Shown here: positions 20,546 through 30,652 of the stretch, piece after piece
How positions within the stretch are numbered: the first letter of the stretch is position 1
How the letters are laid out: every line of letters starts with the position of its first letter
Assembly: GCA_965203485.1 (NCBI GenBank)
Contig: OZ241892.1
Span: 2,208,001-2,272,000 of the forward strand
Origin: Longimicrobiales bacterium
GTDB taxonomy: Bacteria > Gemmatimonadota > Gemmatimonadetes > Longimicrobiales > Gaopeijiaceae
Direction: 5' to 3'
Length of the DNA: 64,000 nt
The notes under the pieces: generated by a model
Told to the model about the DNA's origin: nothing
Database searches by the model: none
Seen by the model: only the letters and a program-made list of their open reading frames with translations
Position numbers and translations under genes: made by a program

Positions 20546-21064
20546 TCAGTTCGAACTTGCGACCGCCCCGGGCAACAACGCGCGCACGGATTCCTGCACG
20601 TCCGGGGCCATCGGGTGAAACTGGCCCGCCCACGTGCGCACGACGACGCCCTCGGCGTCCACAAGGAAGCTCCCGGGCAAGCCGAGAAGCCCGTATTCGT
20701 CCATGATCCGAGACGACGGATCGTGATAGACGGGGAAGGTGACGCCGACTTCGCCGAGGAAGGACTTGATGAGGTCCCCCGCGCCGCGGGTGTCCACGCT
20801 GACTCCCACCACCCTAAACCCGGCATCGGCGTAAGCGTCGTGGAGCTGCTGCAGCTCGGGCATCTCCTGGCGGCAGGGCGCGCACCAAGTCGCCCAGATG
20901 TTGAGCAGGTAGGGAGCGCCCCGAAGTTCCGCCGAACCAACCTCGGCGCCGTCCAAGGCCACCGCCGAGAACGGCGGCGCCGGATCGCCCGCCGTCACCG
21001 GCCCAGGGAGGTCCGGCACGCAACCCGCAATCGCGGCCAAGGCCACGGCCAGTGTCTTTCTCAT
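20546..21064 (-). CDS. TlpA/ResA-like thiol-disulfide oxidoreductase lipoprotein
   Basis: WATWCAPC, GLPGSFLVD, lipobox IAGC. Confidence 0.9.
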   Translation of the reverse strand: MRKTLAVALAAIAGCVPDLPGPVTAGDPAPPFSAVALDGAEVGSAELRGAPYLLNIWATWCAPCRQEMPELQQLHDAYADAGFRVVGVSVDTRGAGDLIKSFLGEVGVTFPVYHDPSSRIMDEYGLLGLPGSFLVDAEGVVVRTWAGQFHPMAPDVQESVRALLPGAVASSN

Positions 21065-21397
21065 CGCCGATTGCCGTCCTTGCTGGTCGTGGTTGGCGAG
21101 CAGGAGCGCGCCGGGGTCGCACGCATCCCATCGCGCTGCTCCCCGGCACATCCGGCGGACTCTTGTTGGATCAAGCTACCCACGCCGCACGGCGCAGCCA
21201 AATTGCAAACGGCAACCGCCGACGGCGGCGGACGAATCGAGCCCTCGCGCGGGACGGCACGCAAGACGGGTCCGCGCCGCTCCCGGAACTCCGGCACCCG
21301 ATTCGCCGTAGTTTGGAAGGCGTCGGCGGCAACCACTTGCCGCGCGCCGGCGCCGAACACCCCTGCCCGCAACGCTCGCCGAGAACGGACTTCGACG

Positions 21398-22075
21398 ATG
21401 CCCAGCCCAGAAACCAAGAGCAAGCTACGCTTCTTCGCCGGCTTTGCCGTCTACTTCGCCGTCCTGCTGTGGCTTTGGGACACGCCGGTCCTGTATCCGC
21501 TCAAGATCTTCGTGGTGATGCTTCACGAGATCAGCCACGGCGCAGTGGCGGTCGCTACCGGCGGGACGATCGAGCATATCCAGCTCGACCCCAGGCAGGG
21601 CGGCGCCTGCTACTGCCCCGGCGGCAACGCGTTCCTGACGCTCTCGGCCGGCTACCTGGGCAGTCTGGCATGGGGCCTGTTCCTCTTGGCGGCCGCGGGC
21701 GCCAGGCACTTCCCGCCCCCCAGCGTGGTCTTGGCGGCGGCGGGCGCCGCCGTCGTCGTGCTGACCCTGTTCTACGTCGACGGATCGTTCGGCGTCGCCT
21801 TCGGCTTGGCGTTCGGGGCCGCGCTCATGCTGGCCGCCTGGATGCTGGGCCCCCGGACTCAGAGGCCGATTCTGATGACGCTCGGGCTGACGAGCTGCGT
21901 CTACGCCATCCTCGACATCAAGAGCGATGTCCTGGACCGACCCGAACTACGCTCCGACGCTCGGATGCTGGCCGAGTACACCGGCATCTCGACAGTCACC
22001 TGGGGCGTCCTGTGGATCACCGTCGCCGCCTTGGTGAGCTTCCTCGCGCTCCGGCGGGCGTACCAACGCGCCTAG
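21398..22075 (+). CDS. M50B family membrane metallopeptidase
   Basis: HEISH, AGYLG, SDARML; hydrophobic. Confidence 0.88.
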   Translation: MPSPETKSKLRFFAGFAVYFAVLLWLWDTPVLYPLKIFVVMLHEISHGAVAVATGGTIEHIQLDPRQGGACYCPGGNAFLTLSAGYLGSLAWGLFLLAAAGARHFPPPSVVLAAAGAAVVVLTLFYVDGSFGVAFGLAFGAALMLAAWMLGPRTQRPILMTLGLTSCVYAILDIKSDVLDRPELRSDARMLAEYTGISTVTWGVLWITVAALVSFLALRRAYQRA

Positions 22076-22254
22076 CGATCGCAAGGCGGGGCGTTCGACG
22101 GTCGCTTTGCGGATTCGTCACCGAACTCGGCGGCGTACCAACGCGCGTACGCCGCCCCGGACAAGCGCCGCATCCGGCCGTCGGCCGTTCCACGCGGACC
22201 GACTGCCGAGCCGGCGGGTTGGCGGAATCGGTCTCGCGCACCTATCTTTCCCGT

Positions 22255-22503
22255 GTCGGCCGTCGCGACGGTCGGCGACGGCAGGAACTTCGCCCGATGT
22301 CCACCCGAACCAAGGAGGTGATCACTTGTCCAGTCAAAGTACCCAGCGCAACCCGGCACGGGCATGCGATCGCCGCTTCGGCGTCTGAAGCCGAACAACG
22401 ATCGACCACTCGCGCCGTAGGCGGCCTTTCGCGCCGGGTTGCGGCTGGTCCAGCGCCCCCGGCGGCTCGCCAATAGTGGGAGCCGCCGGGGGCGCTATTT
22501 GTT
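22255..22503 (+). ncRNA. Candidate structured RNA / small-ORF transcript
   Basis: Promoter-like TTGGCG-N18-TATCTT, 5' hairpin, AAGGAGGTGATC, 20-aa ORF 22326-22388, multibranch stem 22343-22448, terminator. Confidence 0.45.
22452..22503 (+). terminator. Intrinsic terminator
   Basis: Perfect 17-bp stem 22452-22468/22480-22496 followed by ATTTGTT. Confidence 0.7.
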
Positions 22504-22630
22504 CGGCGGGGCTCCGGCCCAGCTCCGCGGCGCCACCTCGGCGTAGATCGGATTCGCGATACGCACGGCCAGATCGGGGACGACCAGCCCGAAATTCCTT
22601 GTCCCAGCCGACCAAGGGAGCAGTTGCGTG

Positions 22631-23125
22631 CTAGTCGCCTGCCTCCGTTCCCGCACTCACCCGCTGGGGCAACGTCGAGAGCGCCGTCACCTTGAAGCGC
22701 CGCTCGCCGGCGGGTAGCCGCACGGTCACCTCCTCGCCTTCGCGCGCCCCCATGAGTCCCCTGCCGATGGGCGACGCCATCGAGATGTGGCCTGCCTCCA
22801 GGTCCATGTAGTCGCCCGCCACGATCGTGTAGCTCGCGACCTTCTTCCGGGTCAGGTCGCGGATCGTGACTTCGGAGCCGAAGCCGACCCGGTCCACCGG
22901 CATTTCGTCCACGTTGATCCTGGACAGATCGGCCAGCCTCCGGCCCAAGTGCCCCAGCCGCGCCTGGACGAACTGCTGCCTCTCCAGCGCCGACTTGTAC
23001 TCCGCGTTCTCCCGAAGGTCCCCAAGCTCGACCGCCTTCTCGATGCGATCCGGCAACTCCACGTTCAGCTCGCGGGTCAACGCCTCGATCTCGTCGGCGA
23101 TCTTGGCCTTGATCTCTTCAAGCAT
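22631..23125 (-). CDS. greA: Transcription elongation factor GreA
   Basis: GDLRENAEY, ISMASPIGRGL; GGGAGG RBS. Confidence 0.92.
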   Translation of the reverse strand: MLEEIKAKIADEIEALTRELNVELPDRIEKAVELGDLRENAEYKSALERQQFVQARLGHLGRRLADLSRINVDEMPVDRVGFGSEVTIRDLTRKKVASYTIVAGDYMDLEAGHISMASPIGRGLMGAREGEEVTVRLPAGERRFKVTALSTLPQRVSAGTEAGD

Positions 23126-23406
23126 GGGCAGACCTCCCCGGCAAGCCCTTCCGTCACGCGTTGACGGCGCCGACCAACGGATCGTCCCCCATGCTCGGGC
23201 ACGACCGCGCCGGTTTCGTGTTCTTCCAGCAACAATCCTTGCTGCAACTTCAGGCTCCGGTCAAGGGGCAGGCACCGGTACAACCACCCGTTCATGGTCG
23301 GCGGCCCCGTATCGCGGGATGGCTCCACGCCTCGTCCCCATCGGCGCTGACTGCGTCCTGGACGCATCAGCGGAGCCATCGGGCTTGAACTCCACGCCGT
23401 AGCAGG

Positions 23407-23434
23407 TTAGACATTCCCATGGCGTTGGCGTTCC
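23407..23434 (-). promoter_or_regulatory. ECF/sigmaE-type promoter facing greA
   Basis: GGAAC-N17-GTCTAA on minus strand. Confidence 0.4.
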
Positions 23435-23613
23435 GGTTGCGCCTCCGCGAAGGTGAGGGCCACCATGTGTCCGGCCCTCGCTCCACGCCCTGTCCGCGCT
23501 TGTCTCTTGAAGAGGATCGATGGCCCATGGCACTGTCGCGCAGGATCGTTCCGTTGGCGAGTCGAGGCGGTCGGTGCGCCGCACCCAGTGCACGTGACCA
23601 CCGTGGCGTTCCC

Positions 23614-24369
23614 ATGTTCCTGCTCCGCTTGCGGAAGGCCGTTCTTCCCACAGGTTGCCTCGCGAGCATTGGGCTCTTCAGCTACCAGTCGGCGTCGGCA
23701 CAGTCGGCGCAAGAGCCCACCGACCGTTCTTGGACCGTGGCGGCCTGGGTGCTGGGAGCCTATCAGCTCTCGGGCGGGCGATTGGCGACCGCGCCGTCGA
23801 ACATCGTGCAACTCCCGCTGGCCAATTCCGTAGCTGATCTGGAGAGTTCCCCTTTGGTGGGCGCCGGGCTCGACCTAGACTTCCCGGAACGCCGCGTCGG
23901 GTTGCGGCTCGCCTTCGAAGCCACGATCGGAGCGGAAGCGAGAAGCCAGATCGGCGTCTGCGAAGTCGTCCAGGGCGCCATCTGCGAACCCGAAATCGTG
24001 TCGGCGAGCGTGCGCGGCATCACGGCGCAGTTGCGGGCCTACCGTGGCAACCCCGACTGGCCCGTCGAGCCGATTCTCGGGGGTGGCGTCGGGTTGAAGC
24101 TCTATTCCTTTGGACTCCCAGATTGCACCGCTCGCGCAATCGGCCCACCACGAGCCGTCTGCGGGTTGAACTCGGACTTTTTCCGTGGAAACAGCCGTCA
24201 CGTGGTGTTTCGCGTCTTGGTCGGAGCCCGCACGACCCGGGGACGCATGGCGTCGGAATTGACGCTGGGCGGTGGCATCGGCAAGTATGGTGGAGGCACG
24301 CAGAGGGTAAACGGCAACTGGCACACCGACCTTCGCATTGCTCTCTCGGCAAGCATTCGGGTCCTCTAG
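23614..24369 (+). CDS. Secreted hypothetical protein, possible outer-membrane beta-barrel
   Basis: Signal peptide ending ASAQ; alternating beta-strand pattern; two Cys pairs. Confidence 0.55.
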   Translation: MFLLRLRKAVLPTGCLASIGLFSYQSASAQSAQEPTDRSWTVAAWVLGAYQLSGGRLATAPSNIVQLPLANSVADLESSPLVGAGLDLDFPERRVGLRLAFEATIGAEARSQIGVCEVVQGAICEPEIVSASVRGITAQLRAYRGNPDWPVEPILGGGVGLKLYSFGLPDCTARAIGPPRAVCGLNSDFFRGNSRHVVFRVLVGARTTRGRMASELTLGGGIGKYGGGTQRVNGNWHTDLRIALSASIRVL

Positions 24370-24379
24370 CGCCCCGAAC

Positions 24380-26395
24380 ATGCACACGTTCGGCGCTCCT
24401 TCCTTCGCTTTTCTAGCGGTGCTGTGCCTCCCGCCGGCGCCTTGGTCTTCGGCAACATCGGTCGTGACGTGCGACGCCTGCGACGAGACCCGCTTCGCCG
24501 GGATGCTTACCGATTTCGCAATGTCGTCCGAGCGATCGGTTGACGACGCGACTTCGCCGCATGGCGCACGATCTTCGCAGAATCAGGACGCATTTGCACG
24601 CGGCCGCGCGTTGCTTGACCAAGATCAGATAACAGACGCTCTCGATCTGTGGATCACGCTTCGAGACAGTTTGACAACGGCCGGCAATCCGGACCCTCGC
24701 ATCGGCACGACGTTCATCGCTACGGTCGCCGAACACAAGCTCGACTTATACGAAGAAGTGGCTGCCCTCATGTTCTATTGGGGCTTCTCTGTCGTGAACC
24801 CCGACGAGGTTGCCAAACGGGAAATATTGGCCGAGGGACGCCGCACGTTCGCCCTGGTAGATTCCGCCAGAGCCCACGCTTGGCAGGCGGCGGGCGGAAT
24901 GAACCCGGTGTCGCTGGCACGCGCCGTCAAGCAGTTCTGGATTGAGCGAGATCCCACTCCCGGCACGCTGGAGAACGAACGGCTTGCCGAACACTGGGCC
25001 CGCGTCGCACACGCCCGGGCCAACTACGCCTACAATCGCAACTCCGCGTTCGGAACGGACGATCGCGGTGTGATGTACGTCAAGTACGGAAGCCCGGCCC
25101 AAGTGACGTCGGGGCACTTGAAGATCAACAGTGCAGAAGCGCGCTGGCGAGGGATATCCAGAGACGATTTGTTCCGCTGGGACGTCGATCCCCAGTACGA
25201 AATATGGAGGTACAACAGTCTCGGCGAGCGCGATTTTACATATTTTATGTTCGGAAACGAGGAGGGAACGGGTCCGTTTAGATTCGTGACCGGCCCTCAC
25301 GAGATACTGCCCAGGAGCGCCCGGTCGGGTCCCGGTTCCCGTCTCAGCACGGGCCTTCGTGCCCAATACTATCTAGAGTTCTTATACTATGTTGAGCTGG
25401 CACGCGCTGGGGGTCCGTTCGGAGACCGCCTTGGCCAGCTCGAAGCGCTCTGGTCGCAAATGGGACGTGCGCCCAACGAGGGCTATCTCGAAGCCATGTC
25501 TCTAGCTCACATCGATAACGACATGGCTCGCGCCGCCCAACCCCGGCCGCCGTCTTGGTCGGCCATCGAAGAGACGCCGACGAGCGCTTTGTCAGCGCAG
25601 GCCGTCCGCGTGATCCGCGACGGACAGCCACGCATTCTCGTGCTGGCTGTGTCGTCACCACGTTGGACCCCTGAACTCGACGAAGGCGCACTGCCCGAAG
25701 AGATTGCTCTGGACGACTACACGCCCAACCACACCGTTGTCGTTCGCAACCAGCAACTGCACGAAATCACACGGGCGTCAATGTTGCCGTTGGACGATCA
25801 GGGTCAGTTTTCCCAACTGATGCTTCGCCACGATCCCCGCATAGGCCATCTTTCCGTGGCGGCCAGACACGACATGGCAAGCCGTGGCCTCGGACCCCGC
25901 GTGTTTCCCGGAAGCCGGCATTTTGTCCTCGGTGCGCCGTTGTCGTTGGGACTCGCTGGCTTCGACGTGAGCGACATCATCGTCGGCATCGCCTCACAGC
26001 CACAGTTTAGGCCCGACAACTCGCCGGTTCCGCTGTTGCCTGCAACACACTTCTGGAAGCAGGACCTGCTTCGCGTCTACTTCGAGGTCTATCGCCCCAT
26101 TGGAACGCCCGAGAGCCGCACGACAACCTACGATGTCCGCATTCGCGTGCTACCGACCACCGACGGTCAGGTTCGCGACGAAGCGCTTCCTCGCCCGCCT
26201 GTTCGCGACCAAGACCTAGGCCGCGTAGCGATCAGCGTAGCCCTGGAATCAGCAGGTCCTGCGGAAAAGCACTTCTTCGACTTGGACCTTCGCAACGAGG
26301 CCCATGGCACGTTGCGCCTCATCCTCGAAGTTACCGACCCCGCCACGAGCATCACGACGACCAGGGCTACCGTCATTCGCTTGCTCGAAATCTAG
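24380..26395 (+). CDS. GWxTD-domain-like protein
   Basis: FWIERDPTPGTLENE...HWARVAHA...FGTDDRGVMYVKYGSP...EIWRY. Confidence 0.75.
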   Translation: MHTFGAPSFAFLAVLCLPPAPWSSATSVVTCDACDETRFAGMLTDFAMSSERSVDDATSPHGARSSQNQDAFARGRALLDQDQITDALDLWITLRDSLTTAGNPDPRIGTTFIATVAEHKLDLYEEVAALMFYWGFSVVNPDEVAKREILAEGRRTFALVDSARAHAWQAAGGMNPVSLARAVKQFWIERDPTPGTLENERLAEHWARVAHARANYAYNRNSAFGTDDRGVMYVKYGSPAQVTSGHLKINSAEARWRGISRDDLFRWDVDPQYEIWRYNSLGERDFTYFMFGNEEGTGPFRFVTGPHEILPRSARSGPGSRLSTGLRAQYYLEFLYYVELARAGGPFGDRLGQLEALWSQMGRAPNEGYLEAMSLAHIDNDMARAAQPRPPSWSAIEETPTSALSAQAVRVIRDGQPRILVLAVSSPRWTPELDEGALPEEIALDDYTPNHTVVVRNQQLHEITRASMLPLDDQGQFSQLMLRHDPRIGHLSVAARHDMASRGLGPRVFPGSRHFVLGAPLSLGLAGFDVSDIIVGIASQPQFRPDNSPVPLLPATHFWKQDLLRVYFEVYRPIGTPESRTTTYDVRIRVLPTTDGQVRDEALPRPPVRDQDLGRVAISVALESAGPAEKHFFDLDLRNEAHGTLRLILEVTDPATSITTTRATVIRLLEI

Positions 26396-26427
26396 GCCGA
26401 CAGCGGAAGGACGCTCGGCGTCTCCCT

Positions 26428-26513
26428 CAGCACGCCGCGCTGGTGGCGCAGCACGTACAGGCCGTCGATTCGCCGCCTCGCGGGCGATGGCCGCCTCGTC
26501 GCGCGCATGCGAG
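26428..26513 (-). mobile_element. Inverted fragment of IS1634-type transposase
   Basis: Reverse complement matches ~27504-27590 (SHARDEAAIAREAA...DGLYV). Confidence 0.7.
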
Positions 26514-26552
26514 CTCGGCGGCCAGCAACGGGTTCCTGTTACGTTCGTAACC

Positions 26553-28158
26553 ATGTACGTCGAACGGGTGCCCAACCGCAACTCTCCGCCCGCCGTGCTG
26601 TTGCGTCGCTCCTACCGAGAAGGCGGCAAGGTGCGCAAGGAAACGCTGGCGAACCTGTCGAAGTGGCCGGACGAGCTGGTCGAGAGCTTTCGCGTCCTGC
26701 TCAAGGGCGGCGTCGCGTTGCCGTCGCTCGACGACGCGTTTCGCATCGTGCGCTCGCGCCCGCACGGCCACGTCGCCGCCGTCGTCGGCACGGCGCGCAA
26801 GCTGGGCTTCGATCGGCGGCTGGACCGCAGGCCGTCGAAGAGACGGCTCTCTGGCGCTGTGCGACGTGACCTCGACGTACTTCGAGGGTCGGCATTGTCC
26901 GCTGGCGCGGCGGGGGCATTCGCGCGACGGCAAGCGGGGCTCGTTGCAGATCATGTTCGCGTTGCTGTGCGCGGGCGACGGCTGTCCCGTGGCGGTCGAG
27001 GTGTTCGAGGGGAACACGGCGGGCCCGGGCACGCTGGGCGGCCCGCTGAAGACGCTGTGCGAGCGCTTCGGGCTGTCGAAGGTGGCGGTGGTGGGCGACC
27101 GGGGTCTGCTGACGAGCGCGCGCATCCGCGAGGAGGTGGAGCCTGCGGGCTGGACTGGATCACGGCGTTGCGGGCGCCGGAGATCAAGAAGCTGGCGGTC
27201 GAGGGCTGTCTTCAGCCGTCGTTGTTCGACGAGCGCGACTTGGCCGAGATCGAGGCGCCGGCGCTGTATCCGGGCGAGCGGCTGGTCGTGTGCAGGAACC
27301 CGCTGCTGGCCGCGCGAGCGCGCGCGCAAGCGCGCCGATCTCCTGGCGGCGACGGAGGCGAAGCTCGAGCAAGTGGCCGAGGCGGTGCGCCGCGAGCGGC
27401 GGCCGTTGCGGGGCGAAGCGCGGATCGCCGTGCGCGCCGACCGCGCGCTGCGCTCGCACAAGGTCGGCAAGCGCTTCGTCGTGCGCGTGACCGACGATGC
27501 GTTCTCGCATGCGCGCGCCGCCGCCGCCATCGCCCGCGAGGCGGCGCTCGACGGCCTGTACGTGCGTGCTGCGCACCAGCGTGGCGAAGCAGGATCTGAG
27601 CGGGGCGGACGCCGTGCGCGCCTAACAAGCGCCTGAGCCGAATCGAACGCGCGTTTCGCAGCTTCAAGACCGTCGACCTCAAGGTGCGGCCCGTCCACCA
27701 CCGGCTGGCCGGCCGCGTGCGCGCCCACGTCTTCCTGTGCATGCTCGCCTACTACGTCGAGTGGCACATGCGCCGCGCGCTCGCCCCGATGCTCTTCGAC
27801 GACCACGACCCGCAAGCCGCCGCCCGCGCACGGTCCTCTCCCGTCGCGCCCGCCCGAGCGTCGCCCGCCGCCCGCGCCAAGACGCACGGCCGCAAGCGCG
27901 CGCCCGACGGCCTGCCCGTCCACAGCTTCCGCACACTGCTCGCCGACCTGGCCACCCTCGCCCGCAACCGCGTCCAGCCCCACTGGCACCGCCCCGGCCG
28001 ACGTCCTCACGCAGTCCACACCCGTCCAGGAACGCGCCTTGCGCCTCCTCGGCGTCAAGCCCTGACCCCACGTACCCAGTAGTGTACGCCCTCTAAATCG
28101 CCTGTCTCCAAACCCAACAACCACTTTACAGCCTTCCGCCGTCCAGAACTTCCGTTTA
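26553..28158 (+). mobile_element. Degraded IS1634-family element (transposase pseudogene ~26553-28065)
   Basis: MYVERVPNRNSPPAVLLRRSYREGGKV, DVTSTYFEG, GHSRDGK, VGDRG, IERAFRSFKTVDLKVRPVHH, VRAHVFLCMLAYY spread over several frames; probable right end GAACTTCCGTTTA ~28146-28158. Confidence 0.88.
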
Positions 28159-28329
28159 AATGACCGCATCGGACTATGGGACTTGCCGACGGCGCGTCAA
28201 GCTCACCGACGTGAAACGGTTGCCCGTACCGGATGTCGGCCCGGCCCTCCCGGTCGAACGCCTGCGTTCGCGGCGCCCGCCCGTTCCGCGGCCGCCCGCT
28301 TGTGGGTCGCGGTCATCCCAGAGCATCGC

Positions 28330-28880
28330 GGCTCGCTAAGACGCGAAGGCGCGATTGGAGGACGAGGCGCGGCGGGCGCGCGCGCGCAAAGTTGCGGGCG
28401 CAAGCGGAGGGCATGGAGCGGACGGCGGCGCGCCATCGGAGTACGGCCGTGGCGAAGGGATTGCGCACGAAGGCGGCTGAGCGCCGGGGCACGTGCGGAC
28501 GCGCTGGGCCCGCAAGGCGGCGCGCACGCGAAGCCGTCCGTGAGCGGCGAGCCGAGACAGTTGCCGTGCAAGGAGGCACCGGCGTCGCCGGGCCGGGCGG
28601 AAGGGCGCAATGCAACTTCACGGACCCGGAGCCGCATCATGATGGACACGCACAGATTCGTGCAGGCGTTCAACGCGCAACTGGCCGTCGACGACGGCGC
28701 GCAGGTCGTCGTGCCGCACGGCGTCACGAACCATCCGGCCGACTGCCGGAACCTGGAGCCGGTGCTCGAGCGGGCTAGCGCGAACCTCGGCGAGGCACCG
28801 GCCAACACGACGGACGACGCCGGGTACTGGCGTCCGGGCGTTCGAGGCGCAAACGCGCGCGCCTGGGGGGGGGGGGGGGG
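28330..28880 (+). pseudogene. IS1182-family transposase remnant
   Basis: QCNFTDPE / SRIMM / FVQAFNAQLAVD / DAGY in broken frames; ends at a G16 run. Confidence 0.7.
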
Positions 28881-29124
28881 ACGGAGGCCTCGGTCGCGAC
28901 GGCCCGCAAGCCCCAAGACACGTCTCCGAAACCGGACATCGCCAGATCACGCAGGCGCGTGGCGCCGTCGTCGCGCGCCCGCCGACGCCCTATGCCGCCC
29001 ATCGCCCGCCCCGTCCGCTACGCCCCGGCCCCTTCCCTAGCTCTAGCCGAACAGCCTGCGCCCCCCCAAGCATCAACGTTCGACCCTTGCCGCCGTTCAT
29101 GCATTTTGCCCGTCGACTTCAACG

Positions 29125-30345
29125 TCATCGCATCCGTCCACTACTCAGCGCCTCTCTAGCCTTTTGCGCAATCCAACCGACCGGAAGTTCGGGCCTCGTG
29201 ATGCCTCGGGCGCGAATCTCCGCCGTGTCCGTCAACGACTCTACCATCGCCACGCCATCGTCAAAGGCGACGGCCAGCGGCATGGCCGCGACCAGCAACC
29301 ATCCCGTTCTTGCCGATTCCAGTATGCGGAGGGCCACGTTCCGTAGCTGGCTTTGTGTTAGCCGGTCAAACGCGTCCACACCGTCGTTGTGAACAAACAT
29401 CGTCAGCACATCAAGACCGCCAGCGTAATGGGACGAGGTCACTCCGCGCCCCGGGTGGTCTGCAAATTGACCTGGCGAAGACGACAACATCATGTTCAGC
29501 ACGGCGCGAAATCCCGGTTCTCCGAATCCGTAAAGAGCCTCCGTCGCCGGTGGATTCGGAGCCAAGAGCAACGCCGGAATCACCACCGGATCCCCTGCGT
29601 GGCCGATCATGTAGACCATGTCCCCGAGGGTGACGAGCCGGTCACCGCTTATGACTCTCTGTTCGAAATCCCTCTTTACCTCCCTCACGAACACGTCCGC
29701 TACCGCTCTTCGAAAATCGCTGTGCCATTCCTCCACTGGAACGTCGTAGAGCCGATACACCGCCTCCATCATCCGCTCCGCATTCTCGCTACGCAAATCC
29801 CGAGCCAATGCTACCTGCTCAGCTCGCGACGGCACGTCTTGCGCCGAAGCATCCGCTACGGCAACGCGCCGTCGGCCATCGCCGCTTCCGCTGCTGCATG
29901 GGGTATCTTCCGGCCTCACGTGGAGATGGCGGTCTTTATACGTATGCCATTCGGTTTTGCAAATGCCTTCTGGAAAAAGATCCCGAAGTTTCTCAAATTC
30001 CACACGGGCTTCTGCACTTGTAGCAACCCTTGCCCAATTGCCCCGCATGTCAATCCGCACGAGCGCGGACTCGAGCGGCTGGCCCGTGGCCTCGTCGCTG
30101 ACCATGCCGGTGATCGTGCCCGTCTGTGCCGCGCAACGCAAGTGGCAAATCGGGTGACCGCTGGCGCGCCCGGCAACCCCGCCTGCATCCCTCGCCGGAC
30201 CGGCGCGGCCGGCCTGGCGCGGGGCTTGAGCCGCGAGACGCTGGCCGCACACTGGGCGAGGGAGCCTGATGTCGAGGACGCCGGTGCCTATGCCGGGACA
30301 TGCGTGGACGCCGGTGGCCTCGTCGGAGACCCCGGCGAGGATCAA
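29125..30345 (-). CDS. Chimeric ORF: susC N-terminal fragment plus an unrelated helical (HEAT-like) hypothetical domain
   Basis: QTGTITGMVSDEATGQPLESALVRI resembles the SusC N-terminus; distinct domain from AQDVPSR to the stop. Confidence 0.45.
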   Translation of the reverse strand: MILAGVSDEATGVHACPGIGTGVLDIRLPRPVCGQRLAAQAPRQAGRAGPARDAGGVAGRASGHPICHLRCAAQTGTITGMVSDEATGQPLESALVRIDMRGNWARVATSAEARVEFEKLRDLFPEGICKTEWHTYKDRHLHVRPEDTPCSSGSGDGRRRVAVADASAQDVPSRAEQVALARDLRSENAERMMEAVYRLYDVPVEEWHSDFRRAVADVFVREVKRDFEQRVISGDRLVTLGDMVYMIGHAGDPVVIPALLLAPNPPATEALYGFGEPGFRAVLNMMLSSSPGQFADHPGRGVTSSHYAGGLDVLTMFVHNDGVDAFDRLTQSQLRNVALRILESARTGWLLVAAMPLAVAFDDGVAMVESLTDTAEIRARGITRPELPVGWIAQKAREALSSGRMR

Positions 30346-30600
30346 GGGCGAGCGCCGTGGCCCCGAGACGTGCGAGGGACCCGTTCTGTAGCAGTTCCTT
30401 CATGCGACCTCCTTGGTCGAATTCGGGACGGGCCCGTGGGTTGGCCCAACTCCCGCGCGAGCGTTGACGCGGAACCACGCCACGGAGACGCGGTCCGACG
30501 GACGCGCCAAGCCGACCAACCGCGTCCGCGGCCCATGCAACCATGCCGAGACCCCACGACATTCGACATGGGCAATGGGAACGCAATTGGCAAATTGGGC
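30050..30600 (-). pseudogene. Remnant of a susC-like 5' end and its upstream region
   Basis: Nucleotide similarity to ~42555-42900; GGAGG-ATG at 30403; shared blocks GGCCCA.GCAACCATG and TGGCAAATTG. Confidence 0.65.
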
Positions 30601-30652
30601 GATTGCGGGCGCGCCCGACAACCCGTTCCCGTCCTTCGCCCGGCCGTTGCGT

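Noticed and set aside
22312..22323. 16S rRNA 3' end on the minus strand (GATCACCTCCTT)
   Set aside because: No other 16S sequence adjoins it; better read as a plus-strand Shine-Dalgarno.
23248..23275. SRP RNA (TCAGG...GCAG resemblance)
   Set aside because: Lacks the GNRA tetraloop and AGCAG domain IV arrangement.
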